In this document: in pieces, positions 12,782 to 23,774 of the stretch
Layout: every line of letters starts with the position of its first letter
Position numbering within the stretch: the first letter of the stretch is position 1
Origin: Octopus vulgaris
Lineage: Eukaryota
Assembly: GCA_951406725.2 (NCBI GenBank)
Contig: OX597832.1
Coordinates: 248,001-312,000 of the forward strand
DNA: 64,000 nt
Direction: 5' to 3'
Position numbers and translations under genes: made by a program
Notes under the pieces: generated by a model
What the model saw: only the letters and a program-made list of their open reading frames with translations
Told to the model about the DNA's origin: nothing
Databases searched by the model: none

Positions 12782-14157
12782 TTGACATCTACATATGAAT
12801 TGTAGAGTGATTTAAATGTCTATATACATATATATCATTATCATTTAACATCCATCTTCCATGTAGGACAGATGACAGGAGCTGGCTAGGTAGAAAAACT
12901 ACCCTAGGCTACTGTGTCTGTTTTTGGCAGGGTTTTATGGCTGGATGCCCTTCCTAACACCAACTGCTTCAAGAGTGGACTGAGTGCTTTTTTACATGGC
13001 ACTAGCACAGACGGGGTCAATTTTGGCATGATTTTTACAGCTGGATACCCTTCTAAATGCCACCCATTTTACAGTGTGAACTGGATGCTTTTTATGTGGA
13101 GGAGGGGATCTTGTGTCAGATGATGAAAAGTGACAGAGACAGAGGCAGAAACAGATGTCTTGCTATAGAGGAAGGGGCATTGGAGGAGGTGATCTTCTAT
13201 CAGATGATAAGAGGTTATAATGTGACAGAGAGAAATGTGTGTGTGTGTATGACTATTTAAAAGACTCTAGAATTCATGTGTATATTTGAAGGTTAGGCTG
13301 TGTGTGTTGACCAAATTGTCTTATGGTCCTGAGTTTGATTTTTATGTTGCTCCAGTCTACTTAGCTAAAAATCAGTACTTGCTGACTACCTGTGCAGCTC
13401 TATCTCTCATCAGCTGTTACATTCTGGACAATCTACTGCTTCAAGGTTAGCAAGACTGAAATGATAACAATCTGCTTGCAATTACATAGGCACCTAAAGG
13501 GATTAACAAAAGCATTGTATGTTGTTGTCAAGTCATACTTTGCAAGTGAGGACTATGCTTTTTTGTAAGTCTATATGCTTCTAGAGGCAAGTGTTATTCA
13601 CTGAGTATAAAAACATTAAGAAAATAGATTCAACCTTCACTTAACAACTCAGATTTCATTATTTTTTTCCTGTTTCTACTTCAAAATAAATGATATTTCA
13701 AATTGAACCATATCCTATGCAGTGTTCCCTCTAAGTTTGATGCTTGTGCATATGCATGTCTGTTTTACATGTAGAAAGGAAAAAATGTGTGCACACAAAT
13801 TTTCCAAGATGAAATCAAATTCTTTTTAATTGAAGAATTTGAGTAATGGTTGTGTGTACTCACATCAAAAAATTAGAGGACATATGATTCAACATCAGTC
13901 TTTATTAGTTTCTAGTTGCAGCAAGCATCTTGTGTCAGTTGGTCTTTTCTACTGATTCTCTTAAAACTAACTTATAGAATCTATCGAATTTAGTTTATGT
14001 ACTTAAACATAATTCCAAAATATACTTTTTATTTAATATTTCAATCTTTATTCTATTAATGGTAATTGTTGTTGTGATAACAAAATAGAATGATTGATTC
14101 ACTAAATATCTTCTTGTGTCTATACTGATTCATTTTTTTAATTTTTTTCAATTTCAG

Positions 14158-14312
14158 CCAGACTGGGAAAAGACTAATGGCCAAGTGTCGTATGTTGCTG
14201 CAAGAAAATGAGGATTTGGGGAAACTTATCGCATCTGGCAGGACAGCAAAGCTTGAGGGAGAAATAGCCCTGGAGAAGACACTTGTTCAAGAAATGAAGA
14301 AGAACCAGGCCG
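14158..14312 (+). CDS. WTAP: WTAP / fl(2)d (m6A methyltransferase complex regulatory subunit), penultimate coding exon
   Basis: A polypyrimidine tract and AG (14156-14157) precede 155 nt reading (S)QTGKRLMAKCRMLLQENEDLGKLIASGRTAKLEGEIALEKTLVQEMKKNQA, followed by GT at 14313. This matches the conserved WTAP coiled-coil motif SQTGKKLMAKCRMLIQENQELG. The exon is not in the ORF track. Confidence 0.95.
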
Positions 14313-15138
14313 GTTAGTTCATCTGCTATTGTAAAATTGTATCTTTGTTTACTATTTAATATTTTTATAACATAACTTTTGGTGAGGAACTAATTGGCTA
14401 TATACAAAAGGAGTGCTTCTTATACTGAGTGGGAGAATTGGCATCAGCTGATATTTCAGAAACTTTTTGCGGCTAACATCACAATGACATTATTGTTATA
14501 CCAGTGAACAGGCAATGAACATGGATAGTCACAATAATTACTTGTTAAATTTTAATATAGGTAGCAGTAGGTGTGAGTACTGGTGTATTTGTCTATTGAT
14601 GTACAGTCAGTGTTTGATTGACTCTTAGTTTAGAGACATTACTTTTAGACTTGCTATCATATAGGCATTCTTTTATTTGTGTGTATATGTGTATATGCTT
14701 GCATATATGTGTATGAATGTATGTGTGCATATATGTTAACTTGTTCATGTATAGTGTGTTTATGCTTGCCTGTATATATGTTTGTCCCTGTATATGCTTG
14801 CCTCTGTATGTATGTGTTTTATGTTCATTTATTAATTTTGCATTTTTTTAATGCTATCAAGGGTTAAACAAATATATTGTTGAAGCATTGGTTTATAGCT
14901 AGCTACCCTTCCTGTCAATAAACCTTTCTTGTTTTTCAAGTAAGTGATCTTTTATTTCATGTCATTGAAAGCATAAAGTGAGCAGACAATTTGTTGACAG
15001 AAGTAACAACAGCAACACCATTTGTAATTTATGACTTCCATAGAATGTAAATGTAAACACACACAAACATAATTATCATCCTCATTTGACCATCCATTTG
15101 ACCCAACAGAGGGACCAGCTATCCGAGTTGATAGTTCC

Positions 15139-16779
15139 GTGGTAGCTAAGTCAATTAGAAGCATGAAGACAGGGAAAGCCCCAGGCCCATCAGGAATTAC
15201 TGCAGAGATGCTCAAAATATCTGGCAGTGTCGACTATAACCTAGTCACCCGTATAGTCAGCCAGGTGATACACGAAGGAGTCATACCCAATGACTGGTGT
15301 AGCAGCATACTAGTCAACTGCTACAAAGGTAAAGGTGATGCCCTAGATACAAATAATTACAGAGGTATCAAGCTGTTGGATCAGGTAATGAAAGTTACAG
15401 AGAGGTTCATAGCCCAACTAATTAGAGAGAGAGTTAGTTTAGATGAGATGCAGTTTGGGTTCGTGCCAGGGAAAAGCACCACTGATACTATATTCCTGGT
15501 AAGGCAGCTGCAGGAGAAATACCTAGCCAAAGATAAGCCCCTGTACCTGGCTTTCATTGACATGGAGAAAGCCTTTGATAGGGTTCCCCGATCCCTCATC
15601 TGGTGGTCAATGAGGAAACTAGGGACAGATGAATGGCTGGTGGGGGCTGTGCAAGCCATGTACAGAGATGCCGTAAGTAAGGTTAGGGTTGGCAACATGT
15701 ACACAGAAGAATTCAAAGTAGAGGTTGGGGTCCACCAGGGTTCAGTACTCAGCCCCCTCCTATTTATCATAGTCCTCCAGGCAATTGTGGAGGAATTTAA
15801 GACAGGTTGCCCCTGGGAGCTCCTCTATGCTGACGACCTCGCTTTAATTGCTGAGTCACTATCAGAACTGGGGGAGAAGTTCCAGGTGTGGAAGGAGGGT
15901 TTAGAATCGAGGGGCCTTAGAGTCAACCTAGCTAAAACCAAAGTACTAATAAGTAGGAAGGTAGACAATCCACAAATGTCCTCAGGAAGATGGCCCTGCT
16001 CGATCTGTAGAAAAGGTGTAGGTAGAAACTCTATAAGATGTACCCAGTGTAAGCTATGGACACATAAGAGGTGCAGCAATGTCAAAGGTAGGCTAACTGG
16101 GAAGATAGTTTTTGTATGTGGCAGATGCTCGGGAGCATTGATCTCCGAAAATCTGCAGAAAACAACTTCCGTCACTTTCCAGGGGGAAAAACTAGAAGTA
16201 GTTGATAGCTTCCGTTATCTAGGTGACCAAGTCAGTAGTGGGGGTGGGTGCACTGAGAGTGTAACTGCTAGAATAAGAATAGGCTGGGCAAAGTTTAGGG
16301 AGCTCTTACCTCTGCTGGTGACTAAAGGCCTCTCGCTCAGAGTAAAAGGCAGACTGTATGATGCATGTGTACGAACTGCCATGCTACTTGGCAGTGAAAC
16401 ATGGGCTGTGACTGCTGAGGACATGCGTAAGCTCATGAGGAATGAAGCCAGTATGCTCCGATGGATGTGTAATGTCAGTGTACTTACTCGACAGAACGTT
16501 AGTTCCTTGAAAGAAATGTTGTACCTAAGAAGCATCAGTTGTGGTGTGCAAGAGAGACGATTGCGCTGGTATGGTCATGTGGCGAGAATGGATGAAGATA
16601 GGTGTGTGAGAAAGTGCCAATCCCTTGCAGTTGAGGGAACCCGTGGAAGAGGTAGACCCAGGAAAACCTGGGACGAGGTGGTGAAGCACGACCTTCGAAC
16701 GTTAGGTCTCACCATGGAAATGACTAGAGACCGAGACCTATGGAAGTATGCTGTGCGTGAGAAGACCCGGCAAGACTAG
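15139..16779 (+). CDS. RTE reverse transcriptase (partial ORF) with embedded C4HC3 PHD-like finger
   Basis: NYRGIKLL, QFGF, FIDMEKAFD, GVHQGSVLSP, LYADD, SFRYLG and RRLRWYGHV motifs. The true start is upstream and deleted. Confidence 0.93.
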   Translation: MVAKSIRSMKTGKAPGPSGITAEMLKISGSVDYNLVTRIVSQVIHEGVIPNDWCSSILVNCYKGKGDALDTNNYRGIKLLDQVMKVTERFIAQLIRERVSLDEMQFGFVPGKSTTDTIFLVRQLQEKYLAKDKPLYLAFIDMEKAFDRVPRSLIWWSMRKLGTDEWLVGAVQAMYRDAVSKVRVGNMYTEEFKVEVGVHQGSVLSPLLFIIVLQAIVEEFKTGCPWELLYADDLALIAESLSELGEKFQVWKEGLESRGLRVNLAKTKVLISRKVDNPQMSSGRWPCSICRKGVGRNSIRCTQCKLWTHKRCSNVKGRLTGKIVFVCGRCSGALISENLQKTTSVTFQGEKLEVVDSFRYLGDQVSSGGGCTESVTARIRIGWAKFRELLPLLVTKGLSLRVKGRLYDACVRTAMLLGSETWAVTAEDMRKLMRNEASMLRWMCNVSVLTRQNVSSLKEMLYLRSISCGVQERRLRWYGHVARMDEDRCVRKCQSLAVEGTRGRGRPRKTWDEVVKHDLRTLGLTMEMTRDRDLWKYAVREKTRQD

Positions 16780-17026
16780 TGAAGCCATAACCCGTGGCCC
16801 CTACCTGGGATGTAGTCAGTCCACCTGTGCATACCTTCCTTCTTGTGACACTTGTGAAGACCTGTTGAGGCAAGTGAAAATCAAATCAAATCAAATCAAA
16901 TCAAACCAAATCAAAATAGATGAACATCAATGGAATTTGTATCCTTGTGGCACATAAGAATACCATCCGAACGTGACCGTAGCCAGTACCGCATCGGTGG
17001 CCTCCGTGCTGTGGACACGTAACAAA

Positions 17027-17280
17027 CACCATCCGAGCGTGGCCGTTCGCCAGCCTCGTCTGGCACCTGTGTCGGTGGCACATAAGAAAACACCATCCGA
17101 GCGTGGCCGTCTGCCAGCCTCGTCTGGCACCTGTGTCGTTGGCACATAAAAAACACCATCCGAGCGTGGCTGTCTGCCAGCCTCGTCTGGCACCTGTGTC
17201 GGTGGCACATAAAAAACACCATCCAAGCGTGGCCGTCTGCCAGCCTCGTCTGGCACCTGTGTCGGTGGCACATAAAATCA
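17027..17280 (+). repeat. 63-bp tandem repeat (4 copies) in the RTE 3' UTR
   Basis: CACCATCCGAGCGTGGCCGTCTGCCAGCCTCGTCTGGCACCTGTGTCGGTGGCACATAAAAAA starting at 17027, 17091, 17154 and 17217. Confidence 0.95.
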
Positions 17281-18055
17281 CCCACTACACTCTCGGAGTG
17301 GTTGGCGTTAGGAAGGGCATCCAGCTGTAGAAACACTGCCAGATCTGACTGGCCTGGCGCAGCCTTCGGGCTTGCCAGACCCCAGTTGAACCGTCCAACC
17401 CATGCTAGCATGGAAAGCTGACGTTAAACGATGATGATGATGATGATTTAATGTCTGCATTCCATTATGGCATGGGCTGGATAGTTTGACAAGAGATGGC
17501 AAGCCAGAGAACTGTGTCAATCTCCAGTGTGTGTTTTGGCATCTTTTCTAAAGTTGGATACCCTTCCTAATTCCAGCCACTTTATGGAGTGTTCTTAGTA
17601 CATTTTTTTGTGGCACTGGTATTAATCTCTAAGTAACTTGCAAGAAAAGATCCCCCTAGCTGAGTGTAAGTACACTATTGAGGGAGGTGGCTTTATGTCA
17701 GATGTAGAGAGGTAAAGTATGATAAAAAGATAAGAACATGTGTCTTGCTGTAGAGGAGATACAAAATACATAGCTACCCCAGCAGGAAAGGGAGAAAGCA
17801 TGGTGGAGATGAGCTATTAGGGTATAAGGTCCAAGAAGTAAGATCAAGAGAAAATAGATACAGAGAATCAAAGATGGCTGGGTGAACAGGTTTGTGAGAG
17901 AGTGAAAGATTGTGTCACATAGTTAGAGACAGGGCTAAAGGTAAATACAGTCAGTCAATGGTGAAAATGGCTGGAAGTGTGAGCAGTGGTGAATCTTGGT
18001 TTGGGGGTAGTTAAATGTGTGTGCATACATGTGTGTCTGTATGTGCATATATATA

Positions 18056-18114
<59 letters not shown>

Positions 18115-18289
18115 CAGCATAAAAATAATCCTTTTGCTTGTCCAGCAGTCCCTATTGAGTCACATAAGCAGAGATAAAAGTTTTTGTTGTATTTTCCAAG
18201 ACTAGTCCTAAGCTCAAGTATTCTGTCACGTACTCTGTCCACCTTGGTCACTTTATCCACCCATTTTTTTGCTAAAAATATGCCTACAC

Positions 18290-21200
18290 TCGGGACCAGA
18301 TTTAAACCATGGAGGATCCAGGGCTCTTCAAATTCAGTGGACCCCCTCATACACAAGAATTAAAATCTTGGAAAATTAGCCAATTATAATCTCAAAATTC
18401 ATGTATCACATGTTAGCAGAGAATGTCACTTTATAGATACACTTTTCAAAATTGAAAATGTTGTTTTATAGATACACTTTTCAGAATTGAAACTTTTTTC
18501 TCACACATCCACTTTTGTGAAAAGTATAATACAATGAAGGAAGGAAGAGCAGGGTAAGATATTTTTCTCTGGTGCAAGTAACAAATGTTTCAGAATGTAG
18601 AATATGATAAAATGACAGAAAATTACAAAAAAGAAAAGTATATCATTTTAGTGATTGTTGCTGTTCCAAAGGCACAATGAGTGTGTGTGCGTGTGAGGGG
18701 GGGGGACAAACATTCAAAGACATGGGTTTTTAAAATTTTTGTTTTAAAAGAGCTTGTGTGAAAGAAAGGGAAAATCCTGACATAACTGGAGAAATTCCAA
18801 CATATATGACAGCTATTCCAAATGTATGCTTTTCCAGTTTCCTGTAAGTAGTGGGGCACAATGAGTAATATTTACTACATTTTTCATCATTGAGAAAAAA
18901 AATTTTTTTACACATGTTCACTACCAAACAAAACTACATCAGCCAAGCAAATGACCTCTAAATGCATTAAAAACACTGTGACATATTTAGAGTACTATTT
19001 CAGAAAATTATCTCTGTTCTCTTTGAGCATATAAAAGACAAATTTAGATGGGGCAAAATGAGTAAGACACGATTAAGTAAATGCTCCTTCATTTCTCCAG
19101 AATTGCATTTGATAAAAAATTCATACATATCAATAACGATTACTAGACACCACAAAGATCAGAAATTCAACAAAAATTTCATTAAATTAACGAAACTCAA
19201 CGTAAGATATTCTCTATAGTCTCTTCATAATCTGTGGGAATGGCTCTCAGCAGAATTCTGGTTGAAGCACCTCATAACCTCTCATAACCTTTTTTAATTT
19301 TTTGGAATATTCAGAAACTTTTTGCGAATTTGCATTCTACAAAAGGGAATTCATATGACTGAGAAAAAAATTTTTTTGATTTTTTAAAATTTAAAAATGT
19401 TACCATCTAGTATTATTACTACTTATATCTTGTTTAGAGATTTTAGAGCTAGCTACTTTGCTCGTTATGAGATCAGTGGTTGTCTGCCACTTCTCTGTTT
19501 ATATATTGTGAGTAGGGACTGCCATCTCTAGCAGGCAGGTATCCAGAGACCATGGTCTACTGGTCTTGCCAAGCTGGAGGAGAGTGATTTGCTCCCTTAC
19601 TCACACCATATCAGACACAGGTTGTGCATCATTAACCAGCTGGAAAAGATGTTTTCCTGGGGTTAAAATGTAGTAACACTGTTTTGTATAACACAGCCAT
19701 GTTATAGTGGTAAAAGAATGTTACCATCTAGTATTTTATCTACTTATATGTCATTTAGAGATTTTAGAACTAGCTACTTTACTCATTAAAAAAATTTTTA
19801 TTATTTGAATTTTTTAAAAAATCAGTTTAAAATACAGACAGTACGGATTTTTTGCTTAAATCCCAGCAATAAATCATTAAATGTGTTTATGGGAAGAAAG
19901 ATACTGAAAAACATCAATACATCAGAGTGACAAACAAACAAGGAGCGTACCAGATTGTTGTGAGATGTGCTAAAAATAACAACTAAATAACCCTTAAATC
20001 ACACAAAAATTTATTTTGGTTTCTTTCATAGTCCTATGAATTCACAAAAATTCCACCTGGTTCTCTTCCTGATACATTTATGCACCATGTTCGTTAAGGA
20101 GAAGAAATTATTAAAATTAGTCATTACTCATTTTGTTCCAATTTTGCATTTTTTTTTTTTGAACATTGAAAATGATCAAATTGGACATTAATATAGTAAA
20201 AATATTGCTTGTTAAACACCAAAAAATATGTAAATATTTGATTAGCATCTTCAATTACATATCTGACTATGTTTCAAACTCTCTCTACTGCAACAGCATC
20301 TAAGGTGACCAATGTTTACTCCCAAAGATGATGCAACAGTGCAAAATGCTGATGCATTACTTGCAATGTAATGGTTTCAAACAGGTAGTGAGAAATTAAG
20401 AAATTAGTAATTACTCATTTTGCCCAGTTACCCTCATAAAAAATACTGAAAAAGAAAAAAAGATTCAATTTAATGAAAACCATGTGAACATAAATGCAAT
20501 AATTCTAAAGCTGAAAAATGCTTTGAGCTGTTGAGAGACATAATTTGATAATTAAAACAAAATTCAAATTTTAAATTTTGGAACATTCCTTACTTACCCT
20601 TTCCTAAAATAAGACCAGTTTTCAATGCCTCACTAAAATAATGAAATTTACATGTAACATTTTTTGTGTGTGTGAGTGCATGTGTATGTGTGCCATTATT
20701 TGCCATCGTTCATTACTCACTCATGCGTTAAAACAAGGAATTAAACTTCTTTCTTTCAATCTAATTCTTTATCTCTATTTTTTTTTTTTTTTTTTTTTTG
20801 TACTTGTTTCAGTCATTTGACTGCGGCCATGCTGGAGCACCACCTTTTAGAGTGGTGAAAGAGTACAGCAGGGATCACCACCATCCCCTGCCGGAGCCTT
20901 GTGGAGCTTTTAGGTGTTTTCGCTCAATAAACACACACAACGCCCGGTCTGGGAATCGAAACCGCGATCCTCCGACCGCAAGTCCGCTGCCCTAACCACT
21001 GGGCCATTGCGCCTCTATATATATTCATATACGCAAACACACCCATATATTCATTCATTCATTTTCAAGAGTGGTAGATTTTTCCTTTTCTCTGTCATAG
21101 CAACAATAGTCCCCGAAAGGAAATTGTATGGGGGTTGATGACGCTAAAGTAGAAAAAGTTTAGCTACTTTTGGGACTGGTAGGAAATTTTTTTTTTATTG

Positions 21201-21414
21201 TTGTCGCTAAAGTGGAAAAATTTATAGTTATTTATCATTAAAGAGATTCCATTACATTTTTTCAAGATGTTTATAATTTGAAAGACAGCCTCTTTGTACA
21301 AGATTACCGGGAAGTGAATGGGCCTTCTTACCATATCCTTCATAGGAAGGGACCCCATTGTCAAAGGGGGTCTGAGGCAATTACACCCTTGGCACCCTCA
21401 TAAATCCGGCCATG
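18290..21414. mobile_element. Possible old non-autonomous DNA transposon with nested insertions
   Basis: Degenerate inverted termini CGGGACCAGATTTA ... TAAATCCGGCCATG with GC-rich subterminal motifs. No ORF. Confidence 0.35.
20860..21014 (-). mobile_element. tRNA-derived SINE, 5' part
   Basis: Minus strand reads GAGGCGCAATGGCCCAGTGGTTAGGGCAGCGGACTTGCGGTCGGAGGATCGCGGTTTCGATTCCC (A and B boxes). Same family as 42813-43192. Confidence 0.85.
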
Positions 21415-22109
21415 CCTGCACTCCCACACTATCACTGTTGCCTTCCCAGAAGATTTGATACCTCTGTTCTTTGTGAGGTGTCTGACTTAGAACTGCCTCC
21501 ATCTTGCCTCTTGCACAAGGCACACTTCTACATGTCTATGTTCTAGATTTCAACAATCTCACCAGACCTACCTATCAATGTATATACATTGACTGTAGCT
21601 GCCCTAAGGATGTGTACTAGATGGTAAAAGTGAGTAGGGAGCTGCAGTATAGATTTCAGCAGCTGAAAAAGAAGTTTACAGGGAAGTTTGCCTGTGAGCA
21701 AACTGCTCTTACACATTATCAGCTACACAGATATAATATTACTGTTCAGCTGAACCACCATTTACCCAGATCCTTAATCATTGAAGGCCAGGTAAATAAA
21801 ATAAAAGAATAATAATTGGCTGCATTGGGTAATATCATGTACTTCTAGCAGTAGATAGGGGATGGAAAAATAGAGATGAGTGTCTGTAAATCTCTGAGTG
21901 GTTCATAAATAACTTACTATGGAGTGAGAAAATAATGCTTGAGGGTTTTTCTACTTCAGACAATATAATGCTTAAATACATGCATATATTCTGAAAAAAA
22001 GACTATATTCTTGGCCTCAAATGAATTATGAATGAGAAAATGGATTGCAAACATTTATATAAGTACATATTGTGTGAATGTTAATACATTCTAAAGGAAA
22101 AAACTGTAC

Positions 22110-22750
22110 TCCTGGCCTCAGGAAGACATGGGACAAGGAAGTGAAGCATGATCTTTGAACATTGGGCCTCATGGAGGCACTGATTAGTGATTGAGACCTT
22201 TTTGGCAATATGCCATGCTTGAGAAAACCTGTCAAGCCAAATGAAATCGTAGTTGTGGCTGATGCCAGTGTCACATACCTGGTACCCATGCAGGTGGCAT
22301 GTAAAAAGTACCTTTTAAGCATTAGGCCTCATGGAGGCAATGTGGCCAATGCTGGTGTCGTGTAACTGGCACTTGTGCTGGTGGCACGTATAAGCACCTT
22401 TCATGCTTTGAGCCTCATGAGTGCAATGTGGCCAATGCCAGTGTTGCGTTGGGCCTCATGGAGGTAATGACAAATGATCGAGACCATTGACAATATGCCA
22501 TGCTTCAGTTGAAGACCCATCAAGTCAAGTGAAATTCTAGTCATGGCAGATACTAGTATCATGCAACTAGCACTCGTACCAGTAGCATGTAAAAGCACCT
22601 ATTACACTCTCAGAGTGGTTGGCATTAAGAAGGACATCCAGCTGTAGAAACCATGCCAAATCAGACTGGAGTCTGGTGCAGCCCCTCAGCTTGCCAGCCC
22701 TGGTCAAAATGTCCAACCTATGCCAGCATGAACAACAGATGTTAAATGTT
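22110..22750 (+). mobile_element. Decayed RTE family A 3' end with variant UTR repeats
   Basis: AGGAAGACATGGGACAAGGAAGTGAAGCATGATCTT coding end and CCAGCTGTAGAAAC...CATGCCAGCATG tail. Confidence 0.7.
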
Positions 22751-23774
22751 GATAATGGATTGCATTGGTGAAACATCAAATGGATGTTCTTTCTTTTAAA
22801 TATGTAATATTTAAGAGAGGGAAAGAAAGCAGTTTGTATAACTTCAATATTTGTAGATCTCAGTTAGCAAGCAATATATATTTACATGATGGGTTTCTTT
22901 CAGTTTCCGTCTACCAAATTCACTCACAGAGCTTTAGGTGTGTGTATATACTATATGCCTTCTAGTATTGAATTGAATACATTTAGCTGTTATTTCAAAT
23001 AATTTTCTTGTCCTTTTTTCTTCTCTCTCTCTATCTATATATATATATATATATATATATGCAGTATCTTTTTAAAAGTTATTATCTACCCAGTGGAGGT
23101 ATTTTTAAGAAGTTAGTAGCATTTGTACAGTACTTTAAATTTGTAAACCTATTAGTTATGGAAAAATTCTCTCAAATATAAATTTAGCATTTTTGTCATA
23201 TTTGAGGAAAGTTTCTCTTCTTCCAGACTGTATTACACTCTGTCTGTTTGGGAATGAGAGTTGCAGTTAATAATACCTTTGATATTTCAATTCTGGTCAA
23301 TGTTTGCTATATTAATCTAATAGCTGATGTTATGTTGGCATAGTTATTGGAATTATTATTGTGACATAAATACGGGTGTGGCTGTGTAGCTTGCTTCCCA
23401 ATCATGTGGTCTTGAGTTCAGTTCCACTGTGAGGCACCTCGAGCTTCTTCCACTATAGCTCCAGGCCATCCAAAGCCCTGTGAGTGGATGTGGTAGGTGG
23501 AAACTAAAAGAAGCCTGTTGTGTATGTGTGTGCATTTTAAATTTGCTTACGGTAACCTTTTGAATATGCAAATAAAGCTCCTATTCCATTATGCCAGTTA
23601 CCATCTAATGATGCTGACTAATAAGCCAGTTTTTCAGGGTTGCATCAAGTTATATTGACATGATGTAGGATAGATATAATAATAATAGCAATAATCCTAG
23701 GATGAAATTTATAAACTTTTAATGCATTGTTATGCATATTTCCACAAATCACATGATTTTTAAGATCACAGTCC

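Larger units (their letters stand above)
15099..17446 (+). mobile_element. RTE-clade LINE family A, 5'-truncated young copy
   Basis: Open 546-aa RT frame, 3' UTR tandem repeats and (GAT)n tail. Confidence 0.95.

Noticed and set aside
1-14157. Further upstream WTAP coding exons
   Set aside because: No sequence encoding the expected preceding motifs (DPAIN, AWKFTPD) was found by eye; these exons probably lie before the window.
17027-17280. Regular repeats suggesting a CRISPR array or a repeat protein (ORFs 16901-17411)
   Set aside because: Contiguous tandem units with no unique spacers, inside a LINE 3' UTR of a eukaryote. The ORFs arise because the 63-bp unit is a multiple of three.
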